Made by a program: the position numbers and the translations under genes. Positions 30,691 to 40,988 of a DNA stretch of 64,000 bases are shown here, in pieces. Under the pieces are notes generated by a model. It had not been told where the DNA came from. It made no database searches and was given only the letters and a program-made list of their open reading frames with translations. Source of the DNA: a plasmid; sequence record NZ_CP033968.1, one strand, 5' to 3'. Position 1 is the first letter of the stretch. Each line of letters opens with the position of its first letter.

Positions 30691-30888
30691 TGCACCAAAG
30701 CAAAACGGCCGCACGCGACCGTTTCTAAAGGCACTCCTGGCGGCTAGCGTCCGTCCGAGGAGGGAGCAGCTAGCCGTTGGTCCAAGGCGCCAAGTGACAT
30801 GACAGGATAACACCGATGCAGACCAGCCGGGCCACGTTGGTGATGCTGCGGGACGAGAACCTGATAGATCACACTTCAGTGGCTCAGC

Positions 30889-31374
30889 GTGCCGGTTCTC
30901 TTGCATTGTTCACGAGCAATCTCATTCCAACGCACTGCCTCGCCCGCCCCTTCGATACTGTATATTTATACAGTGCTATTCGAAGTCATGAAACTCTGTC
31001 AGGAGGGGCGCCGACTACACCGTGGATGGTGGGGCGGGCAGTCGCTATGGCGCGGCCAGGTGTTGATCGAGGACCGCATGGATACGCGCGCCCATCGCGT
31101 GATGGCTCATGCGTTCATGGCCTACAGCAAGCACCAGGACGTGGCGGAGCTCGGCGTTCTGTACGACGCGCGGATAGTGAAACTCACCTCCGACGACATG
31201 ATCCTGACGGGGTTTGAGCGGGCCGACTTCGATCTGAGGGAGTACCGCCAGGCCTGGCTGCTGCGGCCGATCACGCAGGCAGAAATGGACACGCCCATCC
31301 GCGCTGACGTGGTACGCGGGCGCGGCAAGGTACCATCACCACCACCCGACAACGGAGACAAGTCATGTGCGTGA
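30889..31374 (+). CDS. Hypothetical protein upstream of, and overlapping, the SRAP gene start. Start uncertain.
   Basis: ORF only. No domain recognised. Confidence 0.25.
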   Translation: MPVLLHCSRAISFQRTASPAPSILYIYTVLFEVMKLCQEGRRLHRGWWGGQSLWRGQVLIEDRMDTRAHRVMAHAFMAYSKHQDVAELGVLYDARIVKLTSDDMILTGFERADFDLREYRQAWLLRPITQAEMDTPIRADVVRGRGKVPSPPPDNGDKSCA

Positions 31375-31441
31375 ATTACGCCCCCGTGCAACGCCAGGTG
31401 TTACGGGACGTGTGTAAGCGCTCAATTGACGACGTCTGGTA

Positions 31442-31960
31442 TTGAAGGCTGAACGTTGGCAGGCTAGCGTCCGCAAAGACTTTGCGGACGCAAACATGAT
31501 CCAAGACGAGATTGACCTATTTCCGCTGCAGGCGGTGCGAGTCCGCTCCAATGGGAAGCGCGACTACGAGCCAGCGGCCAAGCGGCGTCTGATTGAGTTC
31601 TGTCTTCAATCGGGAGCATCGGTCTCGGGCACGGCGCTCAAGGCCGGTATCAACGCTAACCAGTTGCGCAAATGGATTCGGGACTACCGAGATTCAGTGC
31701 AGGCGCGAGGTGCGTTGCCGGCATTCGTGCCGGTTGTCCAGGAGGTTCAGGATTCGCGGCCAATCGAGACACTTGCAAAGGTTGCGGTGCCGCGTCACGA
31801 AGCGGCATCAGCGACTGGCGATCCGCCACCGCGGCAAGCGCAACCGCTGGCGCTCTTGAGCGCAAAGCTGCCCAACGGTGTATCACTTGAGCTCGAATGC
31901 AGCGAGCGAGACGTTGGGCTCGTAAAGGCAATGATCGAAGCACTGAGTGGAGACCGTTGA
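31442..31960 (+). CDS. tnpA: IS66 accessory protein TnpA (Orf1).
   Basis: First ORF of the IS66 operon. HTH-like region near the N-terminus. Confidence 0.7.
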   Translation: MKAERWQASVRKDFADANMIQDEIDLFPLQAVRVRSNGKRDYEPAAKRRLIEFCLQSGASVSGTALKAGINANQLRKWIRDYRDSVQARGALPAFVPVVQEVQDSRPIETLAKVAVPRHEAASATGDPPPRQAQPLALLSAKLPNGVSLELECSERDVGLVKAMIEALSGDR

Positions 31961-32310
31961 TGTTTCGGCTCGACGCTGAGCTGCGGGTGTATCTGCATCG
32001 CGACGCAGTGGACTTCCGTAAGAACATCAACGGCCTGGCACTGCTGGTCGAGCAGACGCTCGGGCTGGATCCGTTTGCATCGGCTGTATTTGTGTTCCGT
32101 AACCAGCGGGCCGATCGCATCAAGATTCTCGGGTGGGATCGCAACGGCTTCTGGCTATTGTTGAAGCGATTGGAGGCGGACCGGTTTGCCTGGCCACGCG
32201 AGGCGGCTGTGGCTACGCTGACGGTCGAACAGTTGCACTGGCTGCTCGAGGGAATCGACATCGAGGCGATGCGCCGGCACCCGCACCGAGAATACCATCG
32301 CGCTGCGTGA
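31960..32310 (+). CDS. tnpB: IS66 Orf2/TnpB.
   Basis: MFRLDAELRVYLHRDAVDFRKNINGLALLVEQTLGLDPFASAVFVFRNQRADRIKILGWDRNGFWLLLKRLE is the IS66 Orf2 family signature. Its ATG overlaps the tnpA stop. Confidence 0.85.
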   Translation: MFRLDAELRVYLHRDAVDFRKNINGLALLVEQTLGLDPFASAVFVFRNQRADRIKILGWDRNGFWLLLKRLEADRFAWPREAAVATLTVEQLHWLLEGIDIEAMRRHPHREYHRAA

Positions 32311-32341
32311 ACGCTGTTTGGCGGCAGCGGTCTAACCCGCC

Positions 32342-33931
32342 ATGCCATCCACGCCCGTCACCGTTACCGCCGCCGAGCTGCAACTGTTGCGAGACGCCGA
32401 GCGCGAGCTCAAGGCAATACTCGCGGAACGCGAGGCAATCAAGGGCGAACTGCGTGTGATGACGGTCCAGCGAGACCTGCTCTTGGAACAGCTCAAGGCG
32501 TTTCAGCGTAAGCTGTTCGCCGCAAAGAGCGAGGCGCGAGGCTCGGAGCAGAAGGACTTGTTCCTCAATGAGGCCGAGGCCTTGGCGACGGCGGCCGCGC
32601 AGCCGGCGCAGGAAGAAGAAGGTACGCCCGAGACCGAAGTGGCCGGACACAAACGCAAGAAGCGCGGCCGCAAGCCGCTCGACCCGGCGCTGCCCCGTGT
32701 CGAGGTTCGTCACGAACTACCCGAATCGGAACGCGTCTGCCCCCTCGATGGCCAGGCTCTGGTCGAGATTGGCGTCGAGGTCAGCGAACAGCTCGACATC
32801 GTGCCGCAGCAGGTCCGCGTGATCCAGCACCAGCGGGTCAAGTACGCCTGCCCATGCTGCGACGGCGGCATCAAGACGACGCCGGCACCGGCGCGCATTA
32901 TTCCCAAGGGACTCCTTACCGAATCGGCGCTGGCCTGGTGCATCACCTCGAAGTATCAGGATGGCCTGCCGCTGTACCGCCAGGCAGCGCTGCTGCATCG
33001 CTTCGGCGGGGACCTCTCTCGCGGCACCCTGGCCGCAAGCATAGTGCGAGTAGGCCAGGCGGTGCAGCCAATCATCAACCTGCTGCGTGACCATCTGCTG
33101 GAAGCAGACGTCGTGTACGGTGACGAGACAACGGTACAGGTGCTCAAGGAGCCCGGCAGGCCTGCCCAGAGAAAGAGCTTCCTATGGGCGCAGATGAATG
33201 GCACAGGGCCGCCGGTACGGTTGTTTGCCTATAGCCCGACACGCGAGACAAAGCAGGCTACGGCTCTCTATGCCGGCATCAAGCCTGGGGCGGTGTTGAT
33301 GACCGACGGCTATGCACCATACGACGACGTCGCAAACACCTATCAGTTGGTGCATCTCGGATGCTGGGCACACGCGCGCCGCTACCTGGTCGAGGCGGAG
33401 CAAGCCTTGCCCAAGGACAAGCGCCCCGACCACCCGGTCACCGGATTCCTGCAGCGCATCGGCAAGCTGTTTGCCATCGAAAGCCACACGCTCAAGATGA
33501 AGCCGGAACAACGGCAGCAGGTTCGCGCCGAACAAAGCCAGCCGCTGCTGGCCGAGATCGAAACGATGCTGCTGCAACATCTGCATACCGTGCTGCCGCA
33601 AAGCCTGTTCGGCAAGGCGCTGCACTACCTGCATGGGCAGTGGCCAAAGCTCGTGCGCTACATCGAGAACGGAACCTGGCCGATCTCGAACAATCCCTGC
33701 GAGAACGCGATTAGGCCATTCGTGATCGGACGGAGAAACTTCCTCTTCTGCGACACCGTGGCCGGTGCCAACGCTAGCGCAAGTCTTTACTCGCTGGTGG
33801 AAACCTGCAAGGCCAACGACGTCGATCCGTATCAGTATCTCGTTGCCTTGTTCAAGGCGTTGCCACACGCACAGACCGCCGACGACTACGAGGCTCTGCT
33901 GCCCTGGAGGCTCAAGCCCTCAACCGTCTAG
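32342..33931 (+). CDS. tnpC: IS66-family DDE transposase TnpC (Orf3).
   Basis: 529 aa. Leucine-zipper N-terminus, CPCC zinc-finger (YACPCCDGG) and the DDE_Tnp_IS66 core. Confidence 0.9.
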   Translation: MPSTPVTVTAAELQLLRDAERELKAILAEREAIKGELRVMTVQRDLLLEQLKAFQRKLFAAKSEARGSEQKDLFLNEAEALATAAAQPAQEEEGTPETEVAGHKRKKRGRKPLDPALPRVEVRHELPESERVCPLDGQALVEIGVEVSEQLDIVPQQVRVIQHQRVKYACPCCDGGIKTTPAPARIIPKGLLTESALAWCITSKYQDGLPLYRQAALLHRFGGDLSRGTLAASIVRVGQAVQPIINLLRDHLLEADVVYGDETTVQVLKEPGRPAQRKSFLWAQMNGTGPPVRLFAYSPTRETKQATALYAGIKPGAVLMTDGYAPYDDVANTYQLVHLGCWAHARRYLVEAEQALPKDKRPDHPVTGFLQRIGKLFAIESHTLKMKPEQRQQVRAEQSQPLLAEIETMLLQHLHTVLPQSLFGKALHYLHGQWPKLVRYIENGTWPISNNPCENAIRPFVIGRRNFLFCDTVAGANASASLYSLVETCKANDVDPYQYLVALFKALPHAQTADDYEALLPWRLKPSTV

Positions 33932-34620
33932 CGGATACCGCCGGCGGCCGCAAGGGGCGCCCTTAAAAGACCGCTTACGGACGTGTTCGGCGTCGAGCCG
34001 CCTTCCGACGAATGGCGTGCAGAGGCGTGGCGAGACTACCCTGCCCCGATCATCCGCGCCGGCGACCACGGCCAACGGGAATGCGTGCTGGCAGGTTTTG
34101 GGATGGTGCCCAAAGCGGAGATAAAGCGGCGCAATGAGGAGACGATGCAACGGACTGGCGCTCCCCCAAAGGTGCGGGACTACGACACCATGAACGCCCG
34201 CTTGGAAACCATTGGCAAGCTCCAGTCGTTTGCAAAGTACTGGCGTGAATGCCGGCTCGCGCTTGTGGGGGCCACCGCTGTGTATGAGCCCTGCTGGGAG
34301 ACAGGCAAGGCCGTGCGGTGGCGTATCGGGCTACCTGATGGCGAGCCCTTCGCCATTGCCGGCTTGTGGCGCGATTGGCCGGACGGCTCGGCCACCTTCA
34401 CGATGCCAACGGTTGCGGCCGAAACCCATGCTCTCATGCGGCGCATGCACGCGCCAGGCAAAGAGAAACGCAGCGTAGTGATCTTGCCTCGCGACGAGTG
34501 GGATGATTGGTTGAACTGCCGCGATCCGGAACTCGCCCGCAGCTTCCTGCGGCTCTATCCGGCTGATGCCATGGTGGCCGAGGCAGCACCGGCACCACCG
34601 CGCAAGAAAGCCGTCGAGGC

Positions 34621-35082
34621 CTAGAGCGTGGGCCACTCGATTTTCTCTTGGGGCCCAGTCTCGTCCTCCCAGGAGATCTTCACCTGGAACTTCCGTTCCG
34701 CGAGCCCTAGATGGGCAGTTGCAATCAGGTCCACCCCGCACTGTGGTTCCAGCCGCTCCAGCGGGAACGTGCTGCGCACCTGTGACTCGACCAGAATGCT
34801 ATTGCCGTCCACGAACTCGATGCGTACGTTCCTGGCAGCGGCCCGTCCCCGGTTGAAGACCTTGAAGCGCCTGTCGTTGGAACCGCGCATGGCAAACGCA
34901 GTGCTCACGTCAGCCTTTTTCTCTGCCGCTGCTTCCGCCTCCTCTCTGGCCAGCAGACGCTCGTTCAGCAACTTCTGGCTCTGATTGACACCCTTCTGCC
35001 GATGGTTGAAGAGCACCGACGCGCCCGTACCGACAACGGAAACGATCAGCGCCGCGGCTGCGATGAAGTCGCTCTCAGTCAT
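34621..35082 (-). CDS. Hypothetical membrane-anchored protein.
   Basis: N-terminal TM helix (FIAAAALIVSVVGTGASVLF). ATGA overlap with the upstream zinc-ribbon gene. Confidence 0.4.
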   Translation of the reverse strand: MTESDFIAAAALIVSVVGTGASVLFNHRQKGVNQSQKLLNERLLAREEAEAAAEKKADVSTAFAMRGSNDRRFKVFNRGRAAARNVRIEFVDGNSILVESQVRSTFPLERLEPQCGVDLIATAHLGLAERKFQVKISWEDETGPQEKIEWPTL

Positions 35083-35345
35083 TTCAGCTTGAACCCCGAG
35101 CCCTTGAAGATGTTGGCGATCTCTTTCTTGATGTCAGCCACTACCTCTGCCTTCACCTCATCTACATGGGCTTGTATGTGAGCACCGTTCTCGCTCACCA
35201 GGTTCTCGCGGGAAATCTCACGTCCGCAACGCGTGCACTTCAGCAGCTCCGGAACTGGCGCGTTCTCGATGCTGGCGAAGTCAGTGCCGCCACATGTGGG
35301 GCACTGCAGTTGGACTGTCCTGTCGTACTTTCCCTCTTGCAACAT
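35079..35345 (-). CDS. Small zinc-ribbon protein (CPTCGG ... CTRCG). Start reassigned to MLQEGK.
   Basis: AGAGGGA RBS 7 nt upstream of the ATG at 35345. Two CxxC pairs. Confidence 0.4.
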   Translation of the reverse strand: MLQEGKYDRTVQLQCPTCGGTDFASIENAPVPELLKCTRCGREISRENLVSENGAHIQAHVDEVKAEVVADIKKEIANIFKGSGFKLK

Positions 35346-35547
35346 TTCTGATCCCTCTGTGGTGTAGTTCATTGGCCAGCACGGCACTAAACCACACCAG
35401 AAGGTACGTGGCAGGCACTTGCTCGACAGCTCCCTGTCCGAGCTGCTTCTGCTCGTTGGTCGACCTCGTCAGATTCACCCGCCTAGATCAAAGCCGGCAC
35501 GGCTCGTCAAGTGCCTGACGTTCCACATCGTCCTCCCCGGCGCGATC

Positions 35548-35594
35548 AGTTCTATATGGTATTGCGTCGTTTTTTCCACTCACACCATATAGAA
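35548..35594. promoter_or_regulatory. Inverted repeat upstream of parA; candidate parAB operator/promoter.
   Basis: GTTCTATATGGT ... ACCATATAGAAC, 12-bp arms ~23 bp apart. GTGACGTTT is repeated twice just downstream. Confidence 0.3.
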
Positions 35595-35683
35595 CGTGAC
35601 GTTTTTCCTTGCCCCGCTACCATCTAGCCCCTAGAATCGGCTCAAACTGCATTTTGTGACGTTTCATACTTGGAGGGTTGCCT

Positions 35684-36808
35684 ATGACCGCAACTGAGGT
35701 AGAAATCGATCCCTATCCCTATACGGACTTTGCGAGCCTGGCTTACCCGCCTCAGTTTGCTGCCGAAGCACTAGGGGTTAGCCCACAAACACTCAAGATC
35801 ATCGAACGCGACAACGACCTGAAGATTTCTCGGGTGCCCCGGGGGTCGGTCGAAGTCCGCAACTACTCGCTGAACGATATCTTTCAGATCGCGCGAATTC
35901 GGCGAGAGAGCAAGCACATCAAGGGCTTCACGCGGCCCATCACCATTTCGGTCTTCGTCCCGAAGGGCGGTACCGCGAAAACCACCACCACTTGCAACCT
36001 GGCCATTCAGTTTTCCCTGATGGGTTTGAAGGTGCTGGTGATCGACAATGATCAGCAAGCTGACGTGTCGACCATGATGGGCTATGACCCTGACCTTACG
36101 GCGGAAGAACTCATTGACATGGGTATCCCTGGCGAAAGGTCCATCAATGGGCACATCGGCAACCTGATGCGCGTTGGCAACTTCTACCAACCGATGTCGC
36201 TTGAAGAGGTCGTCAAGAAGCCCTTTGGTGAGCACGGCCCGCACCTGATCCCTGCGGAAGACTCGTTGGACGATATGGACTCTGCTCTGCGCAGCGCCAA
36301 TGGCTCGGACTTCCGCTATTCGCTGTTCTTCGAGCAGGCTCGCACTGGCGCCCTGCCCCACTGCAACTTGTCCAGCTATGACGTGATCATCATGGACAAC
36401 GCACCAGCGGGTTCGCTGCTTTCCCGAAACTCGATGGTGGCTGCGGACTTCCTGATCTGCCCGATTCGCATGGACAAGTTCTCATTCCGGGCACTCTCCC
36501 GTCTCGCGTTCCGGCTGGGTGAGTTCGCCAAGGATTTCAAGCGTGCGCCGGAGATTGTCGCGATCCCCACGATGTACGTTCGCAACCGGCCGCGCGTTGA
36601 ACGGAACATGGCCAGCCTCATCAGCCTGTTTCCCGGTAAGGTGACTGAGAGCCGCTTGTACCATTCGGAGGACTACTCCAAGAGCCTCGAGGACGGCGTT
36701 CCGCTGTCGCTCTGGCGCACCGGCACTGAAAATTCGCTCGGGGCAATGCGGGAAGTCTTCGAGGAGTTGGTCGCGCGCATCCGCGCAGTTACGGAGGTCG
36801 CTAAATGA
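35684..36808 (+). CDS. parA: ParA-family partition ATPase with N-terminal extension.
   Basis: Deviant Walker A VFVPKGGTAKTTTTCNLA. Overall ParA/Soj-like. GGAGGG RBS 6 nt before the ATG at 35684. Confidence 0.85.
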   Translation: MTATEVEIDPYPYTDFASLAYPPQFAAEALGVSPQTLKIIERDNDLKISRVPRGSVEVRNYSLNDIFQIARIRRESKHIKGFTRPITISVFVPKGGTAKTTTTCNLAIQFSLMGLKVLVIDNDQQADVSTMMGYDPDLTAEELIDMGIPGERSINGHIGNLMRVGNFYQPMSLEEVVKKPFGEHGPHLIPAEDSLDDMDSALRSANGSDFRYSLFFEQARTGALPHCNLSSYDVIIMDNAPAGSLLSRNSMVAADFLICPIRMDKFSFRALSRLAFRLGEFAKDFKRAPEIVAIPTMYVRNRPRVERNMASLISLFPGKVTESRLYHSEDYSKSLEDGVPLSLWRTGTENSLGAMREVFEELVARIRAVTEVAK

Positions 36809-37914
36809 AACAATCCCGACGCCTCGGCCACGATGCAGCACGGCCGCCAGCCGCTGAGGCCCCGCCTCAGCATATCCAGGGGGTTGTCGTACCCGCGGAG
36901 ATGCCATCGGCCAATCTGAATCGGCCGATGTCGGAGATTCTGCGCGAGCAGGGAATCTTGGACGAAGATCCGCTTGCCCCCCCTCCCCCGCTGCAGAGCA
37001 CGCCGGCACCAGCTGCTGCACCCACTCCGAGTCCTTCGCCTCGGACAGCTCCCGTCTCTGGGGGTGCATCGGGGGTTTCGCCCCCCCCGAAGGCCCTTCA
37101 CATCCCCATTGGGTCCCAGCAGATGTTGCCGATGGACCAGATTGATGTCAGCCCACATCAGCCTCGGCTCGTCTTTGATCAAGACGCCCTTGCTTCGCTG
37201 ACAAGCACCATTGATCTCGTTGGGCTGAACAATCCGATTACCGTCCGACGCAAGGATGACGGTCGTTTTGAGCTCATTGCCGGCGAGCGTCGCTTCAGGG
37301 CGTTCCAACTGAAGCATGAGGCATATATTCCAGGCTTTGTCCGTGATCTTGGCGAGAAGGAAGCCGCGATCCTCGCAATGACGGACAACGATGCCCGGGA
37401 AGACCTGTCTGATTTCGAACGAGCCCTGGGCTATCAGCGATTGCTGAAGTTGGGGCATTGCCTCAACCAAATGGATATCTCCCGGTGTGTCGGTCGAAGC
37501 ATGGCCACCGTCAGTCGGTGCTTGGCTTACTTCAAGTTGCCGCAGGTAGTGATTGACATGCTCATGCAGAGGCCGGGGCTGATTGGCACTAAGGTTGTGG
37601 CTGATTTCGTCGCGTTCCATGAGCAGGGCTGCACCGAGCTGGTGATAGCGGCCGTTGTTAAGGTAGAAAAGGGCATGTCCCAGGAGAATGCCTTGAACTG
37701 GCTGAAGGCCGAGGCCCGGAAGCTCACGAACCCCGCGGCTGTCGTGATCCCACGCCGCCTGCAGATGTCCGGGAAACCGGTCGCTGACGCCAAGATCGAC
37801 GGGCGGAACCTCATTCTGAAGTGTCCGAAAGACGTCAATCCGGAGCTGCTACTCCGTACGATCGAGAAATTCCTCTCCGAGGCTGCAGCGGATGACCTTG
37901 ACGAGGCAGCATAG
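36805..37914 (+). CDS. parB: ParB-family partition protein.
   Basis: ParB N-terminal domain (ITVRRKDDGRFELIAGERRFRAFQL ... ILAMTDN). ATGA overlap with parA. Confidence 0.8.
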   Translation: MKQSRRLGHDAARPPAAEAPPQHIQGVVVPAEMPSANLNRPMSEILREQGILDEDPLAPPPPLQSTPAPAAAPTPSPSPRTAPVSGGASGVSPPPKALHIPIGSQQMLPMDQIDVSPHQPRLVFDQDALASLTSTIDLVGLNNPITVRRKDDGRFELIAGERRFRAFQLKHEAYIPGFVRDLGEKEAAILAMTDNDAREDLSDFERALGYQRLLKLGHCLNQMDISRCVGRSMATVSRCLAYFKLPQVVIDMLMQRPGLIGTKVVADFVAFHEQGCTELVIAAVVKVEKGMSQENALNWLKAEARKLTNPAAVVIPRRLQMSGKPVADAKIDGRNLILKCPKDVNPELLLRTIEKFLSEAAADDLDEAA

Positions 37915-37922
37915 CCGCCTCG

Positions 37923-38829
37923 ATTTCACCGTGAAAAGCCCGCGCAAATGACGCGGGCTTTTTTTGCTCTCGACCAACTCTCCGGGCCGCCTAGAGCGCG
38001 AGAGCATTCACGGTATCCCAGCCCGGAACGGGCTTGGCCTGTCCTGCGGGCGCGGGGACTGCGCAGCGGCGAACTTACGACAACGCCCCCGGGGGGATTC
38101 GCGAGAGATTTCACCGTGAAAACTGGTTGGATCACCGCCAGCATTTCGCGCCCGAATTCTACCCAGCGTTTTCACGGTGAAATCTGCGCCGGCGCCAACT
38201 AGGGCGGGCGTTGCCCACGCGAATTGGGCCCACTTCAAATAACTCGCTCATGGGAGCGTCGCGGTGAAGATTCGCTGACAGGCCACCCCAGGTGCATACG
38301 CGCCCAGCGGCTAGATTTTCACGGTGAAAACTGCCACGGCGGCTACTCAGCTGGACGCTGCCAACGCCTTGTCCCGGAAGCGGAAATGCCGGCAGGCCTT
38401 TATGTGGATGCGCTCCTCGATCTTTCACGGTGAAAAGCGCCAGGTAGCCCTCGCTGCGCAATCGTCCAGCGGCGTGGTTTTCACGGTGAAATCCCAACGT
38501 TGATGGCCCCCTCAACGTCTCAAAAGCATCACCGTCCTTGGTGCGAGCGGAGCTTTTTCACCGTGAAAAGTCAATGGTCGCTCAATCGGCGCCTGCGGTC
38601 AGGAAGCAATTTCAAGCCTGCCGTCAGCATTCAGGGGCGAGGACGCACGAGCCTACGCCAGGCTGGTCTTCGACGAAACCGCTCGGCGCGTTGCATTCCC
38701 AGCCAAGGCGCGCTAGGAGAACGCCCAGTCTCTGCGCATTGCGCAGAGCGCACTACACATTGCGTACTCTGTGCGTCATCGCGTTTTCACCGCGAAACCA
38801 GCGGCATCACAATTTTCACGGTGAAAACG
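37923..38829. repeat. Array of 9 copies of the 15-bp perfect palindrome TTTTCAC(C/G)GTGAAAA (parS-like centromere sites). A 10th copy lies at 42214-42228.
   Basis: Copies at ~37924, 38109, 38169, 38316, 38424, 38478, 38555, 38784 (degenerate, CGCGAAAC) and 38814. The motif is a 7-1-7 variant of the canonical parS TGTTTCACGTGAAACA. The array lies immediately downstream of parB. Confidence 0.6.
37938..37966 (+). terminator. Rho-independent terminator after parB.
   Basis: GCCCGCGCAAATGACGCGGGC hairpin followed by TTTTTTTG. Confidence 0.5.
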
Positions 38830-39168
38830 AACGCGATCGCCGGCCGGGCATTAGGAATACCATACAACTATTGCTACGTGTTATGTATCGCTATTGTGAG
38901 AAACGAGGAGCTAGTTGCAGTTCGCAAATGGCAGGAGAGCACACTGGGCACTTCTCCGAGCACTAGCCATTCGGTCAAACGTGATCATCGCGAGATTGGA
39001 TATCGGCTTGCCGAGGTTGCACTCAGCAGGACACCAAGAATGAACACCGGGAATTTCGAGAAAGAGGCGGGAGGTTTCGTGCCTCGCGTAGGGAAGCACT
39101 AGCAAGCTCGACGAGCTCAACCGCGCGCACTCTGGCGGCGGTCTTTCGCATGTATTGAGGAGGGCAGG

Positions 39169-40506
39169 TCAGGCAGCCTTCTGTTCCTCTGCCTGTCGCT
39201 TCACGTATTGGGCCAGTTCGACCTTCAGTGCCTTACGAGCCATGATTGCCGCCTCATCCGGCCTAGCCTTTACCTTCTGCCGCCGCGCAGCCATCTGGAA
39301 CGTAGTCTCCTTGTACAGTCCATCAAGGACAGCAAGTCGTTCGTCGTCCGTCATCGAGGCGAAGATAGCCAGACCTTCTTCGATATCGCGCTCAAGATTG
39401 CGCGCAAACTCGATCTCAGCGACCGGTACCATTGGCTTACTCGGGACTGCTTCGGCTGGGCTACCAAACGCCGCCTCGCGCTCCATTTCGCTAAGTGCCC
39501 AACCCTCTTTGATCGCGGTCATTAGGTAGGCACCAGGCGATTTCACCCCTCCAACTTTGACTCGGTACCTCACGAGCTCAATCGCCGCACGGATTCGCTC
39601 ATCCGTGTTCACTTCGCGATTGCTGATGATCTCATTGATCTGCCTGGTGCTCAGCCCAAAGCCCTTAACGAGAGTCTCATACAGATCCTTCAGCTCATGT
39701 GGTTGCGCAAAGTCCAGAACGAGCTTGCCCTCTGCGTTGTCCCTAAGCTTGAATCGAATCGCCGCAACGCGTCGCGAACCCTGCGCGGTCTTCGTTTCGT
39801 ACTCAACGTAGAGATCGGTCAGTTCATTGATTTGGGCAATGTTCTTATCCAGAACCAACCGCTTGAACTGCTTGTACTCGGTGAGTGATTTGACCGCGTC
39901 AGCATTGACCCACTTCCTGACCTCTTCGATCGGAAGCCAGTTCGTAGTCCCCATGAATCGAAGGGCGCCCAAACGCTCATACAGGATGTACGCGTACTGG
40001 CTGAGTGCCGCAGACATGCGCAAGGATAGATAGGTATAGCGCTTCGGATCTTTGAGTTGTCGACGGATCATCTCGTCGACCTTGAACACAACGCGCCCGC
40101 CTGCGATCCCTACAGAACCAAGAAGCGGCACTGACACCCATTGCGGGTCGCCGCCGCCCTTGCGCTCAACAGAGACTTGAACCGATGAGCTCTGGCACTC
40201 GCGCAGGGCCTTCTTGAGGTGCGCGACGTTGTTCGATGTTTCGAACTTAGCGAGCCATTTGAAGTAGCCGAGCTCGATATCGTAATGCTCAAGATCCGGG
40301 TTCTCCGACACCGTGAGCCACAACGCATTGATGGCCCGCCTTGCCACGAGGGACATAGGGGTGACGTCAATCAGAACATTGGTTTTGCGGTACCCAATGT
40401 CGCGCGTGGATTCAGTGATTGCGGTACTAGGCCCGAGCTCCTCGCGGACAGCGTTGAAGATATCGAAACCCAGCTGCTCCTGGATGTTTTTTGGGAGATT
40501 AGACAT
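39169..40506 (-). CDS. rep: Plasmid replication initiator protein (RepA/TrfA-like). Start uncertain: ATG at 40506, or GTG at 40527.
   Basis: ~445 aa. Gene faces an operator-like repeat region, an AT-rich stretch, a DnaA box and a large iteron array. Sequence reminiscent of TrfA/RPA-type initiators. Confidence 0.55.
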   Translation of the reverse strand: MSNLPKNIQEQLGFDIFNAVREELGPSTAITESTRDIGYRKTNVLIDVTPMSLVARRAINALWLTVSENPDLEHYDIELGYFKWLAKFETSNNVAHLKKALRECQSSSVQVSVERKGGGDPQWVSVPLLGSVGIAGGRVVFKVDEMIRRQLKDPKRYTYLSLRMSAALSQYAYILYERLGALRFMGTTNWLPIEEVRKWVNADAVKSLTEYKQFKRLVLDKNIAQINELTDLYVEYETKTAQGSRRVAAIRFKLRDNAEGKLVLDFAQPHELKDLYETLVKGFGLSTRQINEIISNREVNTDERIRAAIELVRYRVKVGGVKSPGAYLMTAIKEGWALSEMEREAAFGSPAEAVPSKPMVPVAEIEFARNLERDIEEGLAIFASMTDDERLAVLDGLYKETTFQMAARRQKVKARPDEAAIMARKALKVELAQYVKRQAEEQKAA

Positions 40507-40979
40507 GGCAGAGTGCGCCCAATGCACTAAGAGACTGCCGTAATATCTCCGTAATGGTGTAATGAGTCAAGTATACGATTGCACCTTTGCGCAACACCGT
40601 TGCCAAGAGGCACCAATCAATGACACCGTCGAACCAACTGATGCCACCATGACTGAGCGCCACTCCCCGGAAACCTAGACTGGGCGCGCCTTTCCGGGAT
40701 ATACGCACATCAAGCCAACGGTTAACACCTTCCACCAATTCATTGCACCTTGGCACCAATGGATAGCACCGTAGGAAGCCAATTTCTTACACCTTTGCGG
40801 CCCAATGCGGTACACCAATCCCCCAACAGATATCACCTTGGCACCAACAGTTAACACTTTGCTGCTCGTAAGCCATTGAATTATTTAAGCAAAACGAGAC
40901 CCGTATACGTTGGTTGGTTTACGTAAACAAAGCTGCTAGCTCTCCGCAGAAAAATGCGGAACGTCAAAACCACCGGTAC

Positions 40980-40988
40980 TTATCCACA
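40980..40988 (+). promoter_or_regulatory. Consensus DnaA box TTATCCACA at the edge of the iteron array.
   Basis: Exact 9-mer consensus. Preceded by the AT-rich stretch at 40868-40925. Confidence 0.5.

Larger units (their letters stand above)
31414..33978 (+). mobile_element. IS66-family insertion sequence (2565 bp) with imperfect terminal IRs (GTAAGCG ... CGCTTAC) and 8-bp target-site duplication GGACGTGT (31406-31413 and 33979-33986).
   Basis: Three-gene tnpA-tnpB-tnpC organisation. The IS66-typical GTAAGCG termini and direct 8-bp flanking repeats were read directly from the sequence. Confidence 0.85.
31365..34624 (+). pseudogene. SRAP/YedK-like (DUF159, abasic-site processing) gene interrupted by the IS66 element. 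N-terminal exon 31365..31413; remainder 33987..34624.
   Basis: N-terminal MCVNYAPVQRQVLRDV (the MC.. start is typical of SRAP) continues in-frame after the IS, past the duplicated GGACGTGT, as FGVEPPSDEWRAEAWRDY ... Confidence 0.6.

Noticed and set aside
37923-38829. Possible CRISPR array (regularly recurring short repeat).
   Set aside because: The repeat is a 15-bp perfect palindrome and the spacers range from ~45 to 200 bp in unequal lengths. It sits directly after parB. These features fit centromere sites, not CRISPR.
38500-39102. ORFs of 140-200 aa inside the palindrome array.
   Set aside because: They are interrupted by the repeated palindromes and lack RBSs. The translations are low-complexity.
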